Shown: piece by piece, positions 51,401-63,300 of the stretch
Layout of the letters: the number at the start of each line of letters is the position of its first letter
How positions within the stretch are numbered: position 1 is the stretch's first letter
From: Dendrobates tinctorius
Lineage: Eukaryota
Direction: 5' to 3'
Assembly: GCF_039654945.1 (NCBI RefSeq)
Contig: NW_027361692.1
Location: forward strand, 15,190,001 to 15,254,000
Length of the DNA stretch: 64,000 nt
Position numbers and translations under genes: made by a program
Notes under the pieces: model-generated
Databases searched by the model: none
What the model saw: only the letters and a program-made list of their open reading frames with translations
Told to the model about the DNA's origin: nothing

Positions 51401-54400
51401 GTTACATCTCTGCGTGACATAAAGAGGGACCACCCCCCAGCCCGGCCCACCGACTCTACACGAACACAACAGGTCTCAGAGGAGCGAGGAATCATGGACT
51501 GTTGCATGACTATCCAGAAGAAGCAGCAATTTCATCTCACTAGTAGTGATGAGCGAGTATACCCATTGCTCGGGTGATCTCCGAGTATTTTGGCGTGCTC
51601 GGAGATTTAGTGTTTGTCAACGCAGCTGCATGATTTGCGACTGCTAGACATGTAAGGGACACAAAAGAGTACCCGTAAGTGTACAGGTATATACATGTAT
51701 AGATATATATTTAATGTCAGATATTATGTACCCTTTCCCTTTAACGTTATTCGTATTTATTGTACATGCCATGTAAATGTCTATTTATTGTATCTGTTAT
51801 ATGTATTTAACATTGGACACTGTTATATAGATGGGGAAAGTGTTGTACCCTAGTTTGCCACTAGATAGGATTAGAGATGCTCAGCTTGTAAATAGTTAAA
51901 GTAGGAGGGGCTAAGGCTACTTTCATGCGTTTGTGTGCGTTTTTTGCGGGTTTTGGTGCGTCTTTAAAAAAACGCATGCTTTTTTTGCGCATATGTGCGC
52001 ATTACCATGACCATAGACTATATTGGGTGTTTGGCTGTTAAAAAATGCATTGCGTGCGCATGCGTTTTTTGGGGGCAAGTCGGACGCACAAAAAATACAA
52101 CAGGATGCATTTTGTGCGCTCAAGCGCACACTACAAAAAAACGCATGCGCATACAAACGCGTACAAATGCATGTGTATGCGCACCTATGCGCACCCATGT
52201 AAAAGATAGGGAAAAAAGCATATGCTTTTTTTGCGCTAAAAAACAGCGCAAAAAAACGCAAGTGTGAAACCAGCCTAACAGCTGTTAAGCCAGGGAGCAT
52301 CTGGAATTTGAATCAGCTGGGCAAGACACCCTGACAGGGTTGTTGGCTCCGTAGCGTTAAAGTCAAGAGCCCAGTCATACAGAATTTGGGCCAGTATCTC
52401 ATCAGGGAGTAACACCAGAAGTGCTGACAGTGCAGAATTAGTGGTTCTGCAGTTGCCAGAAGAAGACTAAGCAGCACGGGCAGGTCACTCAGAATGTGGC
52501 GGCTTATTTCATCTGTGGATATTCTTGAGACCGGAGCTAAATGGTTAAGAGGGTCTCCTACTGGAGTAAGACTGAGTAGAGTTGATGCTGAAAGACTGGA
52601 GAGCATGGTCCGTCCCGGAAGTGAGCTTAGTGGGAGAGAGGGAAAGACAGGGACAGAGGAGAAAATGTCTATTGCCAACCCTGATACTGATGCTGGAGTT
52701 AATATCTATGCACTGTGTAAAGGAAATAGTAAAGTTGATTGTTCAAGTATTGAACAGGACTGTGACTCTGTTTGTTCCACATCGTCTGAGGAGAATGTGC
52801 AGCGCATAACAGAAAGCCCTGAGGAGGAGCTGGAGAAAGCGACAGGTATGCTGACAGAAAACTGTCATGTCTACGTGAGGGGAGGCTAGGACTCTGCTGC
52901 CCCGGAATCCTCGGCTACGACTACAGTCTTGGCTGAACCTTGCAGACAGACTGAATACATGTGAGGATTGTCTGTTTGTTAGGAATTCCACACATGCATT
53001 CAGGCTGTCTAGCAGTCACAAATCATGCAGCTGTACCGACAAACACAAACTCCGAGCATGCCAAAATACTCGGAGATCACCCGATCATGCTCAGGAAAAC
53101 CCGAGCAACCAGTATACTCACTCATCACTACTCACTAGTAAAGTGCTTTGCTAAATTACCAAAATAAATTACCAGGCAGCATCGATCATACAAGTAAGAG
53201 ATTGATTACCTGGGAGGAGAGGATCTGGCGCTAGCGCAAGTTCATGTGCAATATAATATCTGTTTGCTTCCCTCACAGTGCTCATTGGAGTACATAGCAC
53301 AGTGGTCAGAACGTAAGTTGCAGATAACTCTTGGGAGCGAAAGTAATATACTGAAATATGTAATGTGCACATGTTCTCACCAATCCCCAGTTTTTCCCGC
53401 TTTCACAGAATTTAATGAACAAAGCAGAATTACAAGACAACTGTACATATTGGTTTTATAGATGGATCTGTGCAGAATCAAAATTAAAATACTGTTGGTG
53501 AAATAATTTTAATCAGTGCATGTTGGATCATTGCCAAGTTCTGCTAATTGCTAAAACGATAAAATCATTTTGCGGTGATTAAACATGACCTATCTTGGTG
53601 CTAAAGATACCAACATCCATATCGATATTTATGTGTAATATAGAAACACATAAGGACTTACCTGGGGACCTTCTGTGACTGATCCAGGTAAGCCTGGCTC
53701 CCCAGGAGACCCCTGCACACCTGGTAGACCTCTTTCTCCCTATTAAAATAATACTGAATATGTGAAATGGAAAGAGACTCATATTTACAAAAAATAGTCA
53801 GTATTATATGTATATCATATTTGTGTGGCTATGCTTTCATACTTGTATATTTTTCTGTTCAAACTCAACTGACTCAAATCTTTATAGACATAACTGAGTA
53901 AAAGCCTCATACCATACAGTACTTTAGTGTCATTAAAGGGATTGTCCCAAAACAATAGCAGCAACTTATTAATTATCACCTATCCACAAGATTAATGATT
54001 AAAAAAGCACTCCCACCAACATTTTTCTTTCTTAATATATTGCAGTCATCATATTATATAACACCGTGTATTTACAATTGCTCAATTTGTCTTTCTACCC
54101 AGCTAATTCTTCTCTTTTCTCTACTTTATGTAGAAACAGGAAGTCCCTGCATTTATCATTTTCCTTTAAAACTCCTGACCCAGATGCTCTGCTCATCCTG
54201 TCAGGAACTTTTGCAGTGATTCATGACTTGTGCAGACAAAATTGACATCCTGTTTTTACATAGAGTTTAGAAGAATTCAGCTAGTCAGTTTTTAATTATG
54301 TGATGGCAGAGTCCTAATGGAAAAGAAAAGAATTAGCTGGGTAGAAAGGAAAAATGAGCAATTGTAAGTACACAGTGCTATATAATATGACAACTGCAAT

Positions 54401-57400
54401 CTATTAAGAGGATAAAAACTTTGACGGGAATGCTGCTTGAAATTCTGATGGATGGGGTCTCACTGCTGAACTTTGAATGAATGCATTGCTAGGTGAGCAT
54501 GCATGCCATTCATCAGTCCCTCATAAAATCTCAATGAAACCTTGAGTGAGAGGAAGCAGTTGCATTCTCTTTTTGCCGCCATCTTTGTAAACATTTATAG
54601 AATCCTGAATATAGGTAAGAGAACATGATGCAGTACTAGATACAGATATACAATACCATTTCCCGTAATAAGATATACTACAAGGTTTCATGAATTCATA
54701 TATTATATACTGATACAAGACAAAAAACAAACCACAGTTACACTTTCAATGATTGCAAATATGAGAGGACAGAGCCTGTCCTCTCATATTTGCAATCATA
54801 AAACTAAAATACTATAATTGAAACTAACCTTGGGGCCTCGTGGACCAGGTGCACCAGACATCCCATCTGGTCCCTAATAATAATTAAAAGGGAGAATAAT
54901 ATTCTTTTGAAGCTTTAGAATATATTAGCTTTATTTTTTAAGGGAATCTTTTAACCACCTAATCAGGGAGAAGTAAGCAAAAACCATGATTCCAGCGATG
55001 TGTCACTTAATAGGCTGCTTGCTTTAGTTTTCATAAAATCACTATTTTAACAGAAGGAGATTATCCTTAGTGGATGACTTGACCTGCTGCAATGTAGTCC
55101 AGCTACAACCACACTAATAATTGACAGCTTTCTTCCTATGCACATTGTGCAAAGAAATCTGCCAACCAGTGGTGTGTGTGAGGCTTTACAGACATCATAG
55201 AAAAATAAGTTTGCAATTGCATTGGGATCACCATTAAAATAAGTATTTATTACAAATGGGACACAAGAAGACTCAAACAATATAAATACATTTAAAAGGC
55301 CAAACAATCCATGATCTTAAAAGCTTTTTAAAAGCTATACAGAGGTCTATGCAAAGCTCAACATACAGAAAATTGGTAGATCTGCAACGGCTAAAACTCT
55401 CAATTTATTAAAAGAAAATACAGCATGCAGCCCAGTAAGTGACACATCACAGGAATTAGGGTCTCTACTCCTATATTGTTCTACGCTCAGATTGTGTAGT
55501 AATAACCTGGTGACAGATTCCCTTTAAGAATATTGTAAAGATGGTAGCGCTATGATGTTAGTCTACATCAGTGATTTGTACCATTATGAAACATTTCACA
55601 GTCAGAAAGAAGCTCAATTCTGCTTATCTAAAACGTTTAATTGGATCTTCCAAAATGTCAGATATTTAATAACGACACAAGACTTGAACAAACATTCAAG
55701 ACTGAAGCTTTCATATTTGGAGCTTTATTCAGTCAATTTACTATTTTGCCATATAGATCTAAAGAAAAGAATGATAGGATGAAAAATTTGAGACTGAAAA
55801 AAGACTGTTGGAGAGCTATGATCAAAAACTGTGCATTCCTCTATCCATCCATACATCTATACAGCGCAAATGCGCACACAAATATATATATAAGTATAAA
55901 TCAGGGGTCCTCAAACTACGGTCCGTGGGCCACATGCAGCCTGCCGAGGACATTTATCCGGCCCCTGGGCCCGGCCGACATTGAACTTCACTACAGTTCA
56001 ATGGCGGCGGGCCCTGTAATCGCGGGCGGAACGATGAGGTGGCGAGGAAAGGCAACGCGCGGCCCTCTGTATGCAGCACAGACCATGTGATTGTCATCAC
56101 ACCACGCCTGATGACGTCACGCTGCCTGTGCCAGAAGAATGTGGACTTGAGAGGGCACCTCTTCAGAGCAGCGGGGTACATAGGTAAGTATTGGTTTTTT
56201 TAATGCTGGGTATGGTCTATCATGCCAATTGGGGACCTATGCCTGCCTATTGAGGACATTTACCTGCCTGTTGGTGACATTTACCTGCCTATTGGGGACT
56301 ATGCTGCCTCTTGGTGACTATGCTGCCTATTGGGGACCTATACATCCTATTGAGTACATTTACCTGCCTCTTGGCGACTATGCTGCCTATAGGGGACCTA
56401 TATTGTCCTATTGGGGACCAATTCTGTCTATTGGGGACAGTTACCTGCCTATTGGGGGCTATGCTGCCTGTTGGAGACATTTACCTGCCTATTGGGGACC
56501 TATACTGCCTATTGGGGACATTTACCTGCCTATTGGGGACTATGCTGCCTAATGGGACTATGCTGCCTATTGGGGACATTTATCTGCCTATTGGGGACAT
56601 TTACCTGCCTATTGGGGACTATGCTGCCTATTGGGGACCTGTGCTGCCTATTGGGGACTTGTGCTGCCTATTGGAGACATTTACCTGCCCACTGGGGACT
56701 GTGCTGCCTATTGGGGACCTATACTGCCTATTGGGGACCTTTACCTGCCTATTGTGGACTATGCTGCCTATTGGGGACTATGCTGACTATTGGGGACCTG
56801 TGTTGCCTATTGGGGACCTTTACCTGCCTATTGGGGACCTATGTTGTCTATTTAGGAACAATACTGCCTATTGGGAACATTAACCTGCCTAATGGGGATA
56901 TTTACCTGAATATTGGAGACATTTACTGGCCTACCCTAGGGAACAATGATATCAAGAAAGAGAAAAATTAACTCCAAGTATCGGTAAGTTTGTTGATTTA
57001 ACTTTACTTGTTCTTCATTTTAAATATTGCATTTCTTACTGTTTTGTTTTTTTCACTTCAAATTAAGATATGTGCAGTGTGCATAGGAATTTGCTCTTAG
57101 TTTTTTAAACTATATTCTGGCTCTCCAATGGTCTGAGGGACAGTGAACTGGCCCGCTGTTTAAAAAGTTTGAGGACCCCTGGTATAAATATACACAGACG
57201 TCGAGTTTATAATTGAATTAGTTGCTGGAATAGAAAAATAAAGCATAAATTCTTACTGGTTCTCCAGGTAATCCAAATCCTGCTGGTCCAGGTTCTCCTT
57301 TGGAACCTGGAGGACCTGGAGATCCAATAGGACCACCTGGATCCCCCTTTGAAATAAATGATAAGCGTTTTAACTTATTCTTAAAGTACGGAAACACATA

Positions 57401-58850
57401 CTGATAAACAGAATCCACATACCATTGCTTTCTATCATTTGTGCTAGAAGTTGCAATTATTTTGTACTATTTTGTTGAGGTGTAATATTGTGCTTAAATA
57501 TTGATATAACTAGTACATTAAATGGTCAAAAAATCAGAAAAATACTGCAGAAATAAACATATTTAGCATAAACTTTATTAAATTGCAAGAGACAACTTTC
57601 CTAATGAGAAAATCAAAGAATCTATAGTTATAAAACAAGTGGGTGTTAAAAATTATCAACATGTGAAATAAATATTGCTTAGCAACTATTACTAAGTGAA
57701 TTTTTTAGTTATTTTCTCTTAAATACATCTTAGTCATACAGCACAAGGCAACTATTCTTGCAACTTATTCTATAATATTTGTCACGATTCCACACCTCAG
57801 GGTGTCTGGGATGCAGTTACTGACAGCTCGGCCATCCAATCTGGTACAGAGGCATGCTGAAGCTGTCATTACTTAGATTGACAGCTTGGCCATCAAATCT
57901 GGTACAGCGACATGCTGAACTGTCAGTGTGTTGATTGAGCGCTCGACTATCCAATCTGTGACTGGGAGGCGTCGGCTGTTTCCAAGTGTTCACTATCCCC
58001 GGTGATTGCCATGCTTCTTAACTGAGCTGCTTCTCCCAGACCTCTGCCAGACGTATATTCATCTAGTAGGTTTGTGCTCCCTGTGCCTTGAGCTCTGTAT
58101 AATTGATCATTTGCTGTCTGACCTTGGACTTCGTTCTGACCATCCGACTGTTTAACCCCTTCTGCTGTGTTCTGCTATCCTCCAGGTATTCTGACCTCGG
58201 AACATTACCTGACCACTCGTTTGTCTCTTCCTTCTATTTGTGACATACCCTCCTGGCTTCTAACCTTGGTCTCCTAGACCATTCTGACTCACGGCTTGAC
58301 CGTGAGAAGTGACTAGCCTCACAATATCCTTATATTAAATTTAACAATGGATCACTTAGCAAGAGAACACAAACTGAAACGATTCATTAAGTGTACAAGT
58401 AATTTTAAATTTCCCTTCACCATAATTTTTAAGGAGTTGTCCAGTTAAAACAAACATCAGTGGTAATAACTTATAAATCGTGAGGGTGCAACCTCTAGAA
58501 CTTGCACCGATCAGCGGAATTGCGAATTATAATATTCAATAGAAATGCAGCAGCAGTGAGCATGCTCAGCTTGCACTCCATTCATTCTCTTTCAAGATGT
58601 AAAGCATTCAGCTTGGCTTTTTCCAGCAGCCCTATAGAGAATGAATAGAGTCTAGGAAAGTGGATAAAGTTTGCTTTTCTGGGAAAAAATATTGGTGAGA
58701 TGCCCACCAATTAGCTAGTGATCTTCTATCCCTTTGATAGGTGATGAAGAGAGAGAATCTTTAAAGCTAAATAAAAAGAATAAGTAAAAAACATACCTTT
58801 TCTCCTATGGTGCCTGGTTTTCCAGGTATTCCGTGTTCTCCAGGTAATCC
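33319..58850 (-). CDS. COL19A1: Collagen type XIX alpha 1, partial (9 internal exons, 540 nt, 180 aa); gene continues beyond both ends
   Basis: Spliced translation [29 protein letters not shown]...[44 protein letters not shown] matches, exon by exon, my recollection of human COL19A1 ([23 protein letters not shown]...[23 protein letters not shown]). All exons are phase 0 with AG/GT boundaries. Confidence 0.93.
34953..36188. mobile_element. TTAA-specific non-autonomous DNA transposon (piggyBac/Kolobok-like)
   Basis: ttaa|ccccttc ... gaagggg|ttaa; related degenerate copies near 38490-39450 and 47510-48912. Confidence 0.85.
37632..37673 (-). CDS. COL19A1: COL19A1 exon, 42 nt, non-collagenous: [14 protein letters not shown]
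   Basis: tttttgtag acceptor, gtacaa donor; peptide diagnostic for collagen XIX; not in the ORF track. Confidence 0.93.
38255..38450 (+). mobile_element. L2 LINE/SINE 3' tail fragment
   Basis: gattgtaagcttgcgagcagggccc...gtaaagtgctgcggaatatgtcggcgctatagaaataaa followed by (tta)n. Confidence 0.8.
39522..39575 (-). CDS. COL19A1: COL19A1 exon, 54 nt: [18 protein letters not shown]
   Basis: ataacag acceptor, gtatgt donor. Confidence 0.93.
40185..40402 (+). repeat. GC-rich ~21-bp minisatellite (ggggggctgtgccggcctgcc); mirror array at 42990-43290
   Basis: Direct reading. Confidence 0.92.
40561..41400 (+). repeat. Compound (TACA/TACATAC/TGC) microsatellite, left arm
   Basis: Direct reading. Confidence 0.97.
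42000..42832 (-). repeat. Compound microsatellite, right (mirror) arm
   Basis: Direct reading. Confidence 0.97.
45497..45807. mobile_element. Palindromic hAT MITE
   Basis: tagtgatgag...ctcatcactg; 8-bp TSD gtaatgat. Confidence 0.88.
46320..46364 (-). CDS. COL19A1: COL19A1 exon, 45 nt: [15 protein letters not shown]
   Basis: tttccag acceptor, gtgagt donor. Confidence 0.92.
46560..46595 (-). CDS. COL19A1: COL19A1 exon, 36 nt: [12 protein letters not shown]
   Basis: ttttcacag acceptor, gtaaac donor. Confidence 0.92.
46693..47043. mobile_element. Palindromic Harbinger-type MITE
   Basis: gggtgctttcacattg / caatgtgaaagcaccc; TWA flanks. Confidence 0.85.
50642..51471 (+). mobile_element. Probable solo LTR
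   Basis: TGTAA...CAACA ends; TATA box (ctataaata, ~50939) and aataaa (~51353); imperfect flank duplication ggcctc/ggtctc. Confidence 0.65.
51651..52944. mobile_element. Solo LTR nested in the hAT MITE
   Basis: tgtaagg...ccttgca ends; 4-bp TSD gaca. Confidence 0.75.
51915..52275. mobile_element. Harbinger-type MITE (family of 1908-3369, internally deleted) nested in the LTR
   Basis: ggctactttca / tgaaaccagcc; TAA TSD; body similar to 3050-3369. Confidence 0.85.
53662..53739 (-). CDS. COL19A1: COL19A1 exon, 78 nt: [26 protein letters not shown]
   Basis: ttaatag acceptor, gtaagt donor. Confidence 0.92.
54829..54873 (-). CDS. COL19A1: COL19A1 exon, 45 nt: [15 protein letters not shown]
   Basis: ttattag acceptor, gttagt donor, Gly-X-Y x5. 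Confidence 0.92.
54941..55523. mobile_element. T2/Kolobok-type MITE (similar degenerate ones near 53935-54437 and 58430-58762)
   Basis: ttaa-gggaatc ... gattccct-ttaa termini. Confidence 0.6.
55902..57181. mobile_element. hAT (Charlie-like) non-autonomous element with an internal 20-22-bp minisatellite (56229-56920)
   Basis: TIR caggggtcctcaaact / agtttgaggacccctg; 8-bp TSD gtataaat. Confidence 0.92.
57257..57346 (-). CDS. COL19A1: COL19A1 exon, 90 nt: [30 protein letters not shown]
   Basis: tttcaaag acceptor, gtaaga donor; two triplet imperfections typical of FACIT collagens. Confidence 0.93.
57780..58323 (+). mobile_element. Probable solo LTR
   Basis: TGTCAC...TCACA ends; flanks atatt / atatc. 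Confidence 0.65.
58797..58850 (-). CDS. COL19A1: COL19A1 exon, 54 nt: [18 protein letters not shown]
   Basis: acaacag acceptor, gtatgt donor, Gly-X-Y x6. Confidence 0.93.
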
Positions 58851-60625
58851 CTGTTGTAATAGTAAAATTTTGGAATATTTCATATCTCTAAGTTTACATT
58901 CCTGAACACACTTGAAAATACAGTATAGGGTTACAATATAAATTAATCTACATTACATTTTAAATAGATAAAATCCCTTAATAACCTTATTCTTAAATCC
59001 AATTAAACCATAGGCTGGAGAAAAACATCTAACACAGCTTTCAGTTATTATGTTTCTTTTATTTTAAAGGAATTCTGAAATACTTTGGCCTCCTTCACAT
59101 GTCTGTATTTGTAGTACATGTGGCATTATACTGTAATCTATGGTACTATGCACATGTCTGCGTTTTTACACTAGCTGTGTGTGTGTCAATGTGAACCACA
59201 TGGAGAAATGTTCATTTTTTCCCGGCAGCATGGATGACAAGAACCAAAACAAGTCTATGGGTTCGTGAAAAACACTTACAGCACACGGATGGCATGCATG
59301 TACAATCTGTGTGCTGTACGCGTTTAATATTGTGAAGTATTGGAGAAGCTTTGAAATTTCATTCTTTCTTTATCCATTCCAGAAAAACACAGAGGGTACA
59401 CTGATGACTAGTGTTGAGCGACTTTTGGTTTTTTAGGGTCGAGTTTCGTTTCATGAAACCCGACTTTTCCAAAAGTCGGGTAGAGCAAAATCAGCCGACT
59501 ATAGGGAAAAGTCAGGGTCGTCCCAAAACACGAAACCCAATGTAAGTCAATGGAGAATTAAAGTCAGCAGTGAGAGGAGGACAGGAAACACACCAACAGT
59601 GCCCATTTGAATGCCAAAAGCATAAATTCTTGGTACTGAAGCTTGTCAACCTTAATTAACTTCATAATACTAGTTACGCACTGAAAAATGGGGGTTATTT
59701 GGCTACAGTTGTGGGGGGGAGGGCTGGCTCCAGGTTTTCGTGGGCCCAGGGCCAAAGAGTGCCCCTTTAACACATACCACAACTCATGATGCTCCGATAC
59801 GGCAGAGAAATAGCAGTATAGTACAATGAAAAATACTTCACTTCTTACATCTCATGACTGATATCCATTTTAAATTCTCCAATACCTCCAAAAACGGACA
59901 GTATATAACTCCATACAGTATTATGGCCAGCGCTTAGTGCGCTATACAGAGTAATGAGGCCCATATATTTCTCCATACGGAATCATTATTCCCATATAGT
60001 GTTTCAAACCATATATGATGAGCTCCACATAATGCTACAGTATATGTTGGTCCCAATGGATGAAGCTCCACTGTCTTATGGGCTTAAATAATGCTCCATA
60101 TATAATGGGCCCAATTTCTACTGCTCTAGTGTATAATGGGCCCTGTAAATGCTGCTCCAGTGTCTGATGTCCACCTTTGGAATGCTCCAGTGTATGGTGG
60201 GCCCCATATATCATTCACCAGAGTATAGTGCTCCCCAAAAATTGCTGTCCCAACATTGAAAACAATTACATAAGTCTCCTTGCTAGGGAATCCCTGCACT
60301 ACTCTGAACTCCTTGTCGTCCCCATCTTCCATCTCACTGCACTTGGCTGTTTAGGCCCTCCCACCGGCAGAGACACTTTTGCGTACTATGCGGTGCCCTG
60401 TGCCAGTGCCATCGCCCATGAGTATGCCCCCCCACCTGCTCAAGGAACCTGCACTTTCATCTGCACCTTCCTCTTTGTCACCGTGTAAGGTGGTATAGTA
60501 TGTGGGAAGGGGAATCTGAGTTTCCTCTGGGTCAGATTCTGGCTGTGTAGAGTGCGAGGGGAATGTAGTGGTCTGGGTCAATGTACCAGCAGCATCATCC
60601 AGCAGTGGCTGGGCCTCAGTGCACT

Positions 60626-61679
60626 TGTGGCGTCCCCAAGAGTACGGTCGCCACTGTGGCATTGCCTTCCTCCTAGGGAGTGTGTTGTCAAGCTTGGGAG
60701 CAACGAAGGATCTCTCTAGCAGTGAAACCAACACACAACACATTTCCCACTCCGGGCCAGCAGGGAGACCTCTGAACCTGACTGCTGAGGAGCTGCTCTC
60801 TGTGGTCGGGAGGAGGTAAGTTATGGCACTCTTTGCAGGGAAGGGGAAGTGTGTGGACGTGAGAAGGGGAGCTGGAGGATGAGCAGAGTTAAGGCTCAAT
60901 CCTAGCTGGAGCGCATGGTCTGGATTCCGGTCTCCGAGTTTGTAGGGACACTGACGTTCCTGCAGCAGAAACCGGGGGAAGTAGCAGCTATAAATGCTCT
61001 GTACCCAACTAAGCCTCGGAGGCCCCAGCATCGACGTGTGCGAGGCAGAAGGAAAAGGCTACAGCTGTCTCCCATACAAGTAAAGTCTGAGGAACATCTG
61101 TTAGACAGGAGGCGTTTCAGTGAACCACGGTCCTGTGAGTGCTTCCCCCACAAGCGCTAGAAAGAAGACGTTCAGGAAGGTACATGTTGGCGGAGTGTTG
61201 GAAGGGAGCTTTCCATTCTGATCCCGGAGGTTGGCAGAGGTCCTGACCCGGAGGACACAGCACAGAGGCAGGCATCTGTGTAACCTGCAGACTGTGAGTA
61301 AAGCTTTGGAACTGCACGCTCTGGTGTCCTACAGTTATTCCAGCACCGCTACATCTGGGTACCAGCACCTACACCGCCTGTGCCTTTCCCCCATCACTAC
61401 ATCTACACTTCCCTGGGACTCCAGCTCCACCTGTGGGGAGCTTCACCATCTTTGCTGCACAACACCATCAGTCCCAGAGGATCTGCATGGAGCGTCGGTC
61501 TAACATCTATGTTGCCGAACACCACAGGTGGCGTCAAACTATCTATATAAACTCTTTACCATTATACCACGCCATTTACATGGGCGCCCAGGGCCACCGT
61601 CCGGGTCACCGCTGCTGTGACACATCCCACTGACACCGGCCCGGTAACGAGTACCCCACAGCCCTGGGAGGGCGACCCA
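60626..61679 (+). mobile_element. LTR-like insertion within hAT copy 2
   Basis: TGTGGCG...GGCGACCCA ends; TATA-like ctataaa (~60988); no matching TSD. Confidence 0.6.
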
Positions 61680-62225
61680 TATGCCGACTGCTGATCGGGC
61701 GGTGTTATTCCCACGAACGTCCAAACAGCGTCCCTGAAGGCAAAGTTTTTGGTTTCCGGGGGCAGTATGATTGCAAAGCTGAAACTTAAAGGAATATCCA
61801 AAAGGGCACCACCAGGAGTGGAGCCTGTGGCTTAATTGGACTGCACCCGGGAAACCACTACCATACAAGCTACAGAAAATATGGACAGATTGCAAGCTTT
61901 GTCAATTCTGTGTGTGGTGTGGTATGTCCGTTTGTAGTTGTGCTAGCGATTTCTCAGCTTTATTCCGTTAACGACCGAGACTCCGGCATGGCCCCGCAGT
62001 ACGCGTCAAGCTTACTAGAGGGATACGCGAGGCTGTGGCACGTGAGATCGAGCAATAACAGGTCTAGCATTCCAGTACATGTCCGGGGCTGCATGCACGC
62101 TACACTGAAAGGACCAGCTTTTGTCGCTTACAGGTGCAGATAACCTGCTGAACTCCGTTAGTGATGGGGATCTGGGATTCAGTTTATTCCCCGTGAACAA
62201 TGATTTCCCAGTAAGTTCAGGTCAA
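61680..62225 (+). pseudogene. Diverged fragment of 18S rRNA (3' half)
   Basis: Universal SSU motifs in order: tgcaaagctgaaacttaaaggaat, gggcaccaccaggagtggagcctg, gcaataacaggtct, gctacactga, gtgatggggatc; many substitutions in invariant positions. Confidence 0.9.
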
Positions 62226-62899
62226 CCGCAATTCCGGAGTTAGGCCTAACCGTCATTCCTGAAAAAATTACGTGTCAAAACCACAGGTGCTGTAGCTTGC
62301 TTAACAGCTCGGCACCCGTTCTCAGGCCCAGTATGGATTCAACAACATTGTAGAAAGTTGATAAAGGGTACAGTTTCACCGGATAACACGTATATATGTA
62401 GCCTAGTTTACACATTAAAAATATATGTCTATAGATCAGGAGGCAGACTCAGATGTTCTCAGGCCCAGTATGGATTTGACCAGATTGTACAAAGTTGAGA
62501 AAGGGTACTTTATCACTGGATAGCAGGTATATATAGCATAGTTTAAACATGTAAAATCTCCGTGTTCTCAGTATGGATTACACAGCAATCTAAAAAGTGG
62601 AAAAAAGGAAATGCATTTGAGGCATACACAACTATATACTTTTGGTGTTATTTTTAAATCTTCATATATATTTCTGTCTCAGTAATACAGTCCAGCCTCT
62701 CGGCAATAGGAAATGAGATGCATACAATTAGTGACATAAAGGCTATTGATTGCAGAAATCTAGGAATTATTATTCACGGGAAAAACTTCCATCACAATTC
62801 TCATAGGCGATGCTGACCCTCAATTAATTTGTGTGTTGAGACAGTGAAAACATTTTTTTGTGAATAAGTCTTGCTGTATCGCACTTCCGTTGATTCCAT

Positions 62900-63300
62900 C
62901 ACTGTTGCTCATCTCAATCCAATTTTTATCACAGGGAGCGATGTAAACATGGTGCTCACTGGCTATCATGATCTGTAACGTAACTTTGGAGTGCAAAAGA
63001 CAGAAGCCACAGGCCGTAGGCGATTCTATTTGATTGGCATGAGAGGGCACATTTTGAAATGTGCGCCAGAATGTCACACATTTGTGAGTAGGAAAACTGT
63101 GAAAGCTGATGATAAACCACCACTGCATGTAATTGTGAGTCAACGTCCATAAGAAATGGAAGCCACTGATCATCTGGAGCTAGAGCCCGGCCAGCAGGAC
63201 AGGGCATAGCTACATCTTAATCATCATCTTTCAGTTCAATCAATTTGTAGTGGCAGTCCCAGTGAAGGATTTGACAGCCCAAACTACACAGCGGAGGAGC
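62900..63300 (+). pseudogene. Gypsy integrase fragment (HHCC zinc finger plus start of the core) inside hAT copy 2
   Basis: NFGVQKTEATGRRRFYLIGMRGHILKCAPECHIC...PPLHVIVSQRP...HSYILIII..F..FVVAVPVKDLTAQTT. Confidence 0.8.

Larger units (their letters stand above)
51544..53130. mobile_element. hAT MITE (same family as 45497-45807) containing a solo LTR
   Basis: TIR tagtgatgag / ctcatcacta; 8-bp TSD ctcactag. Confidence 0.9.

Noticed and set aside
56229-56971. Repetitive ORFs and a CRISPR-like periodic pattern
   Set aside because: 20-22-bp minisatellite without unique spacers, inside a hAT MITE in vertebrate DNA.
61680-62225. Functional rDNA unit or contaminant rRNA
   Set aside because: Partial, mutated at universally conserved positions, and embedded in host transposon sequence.
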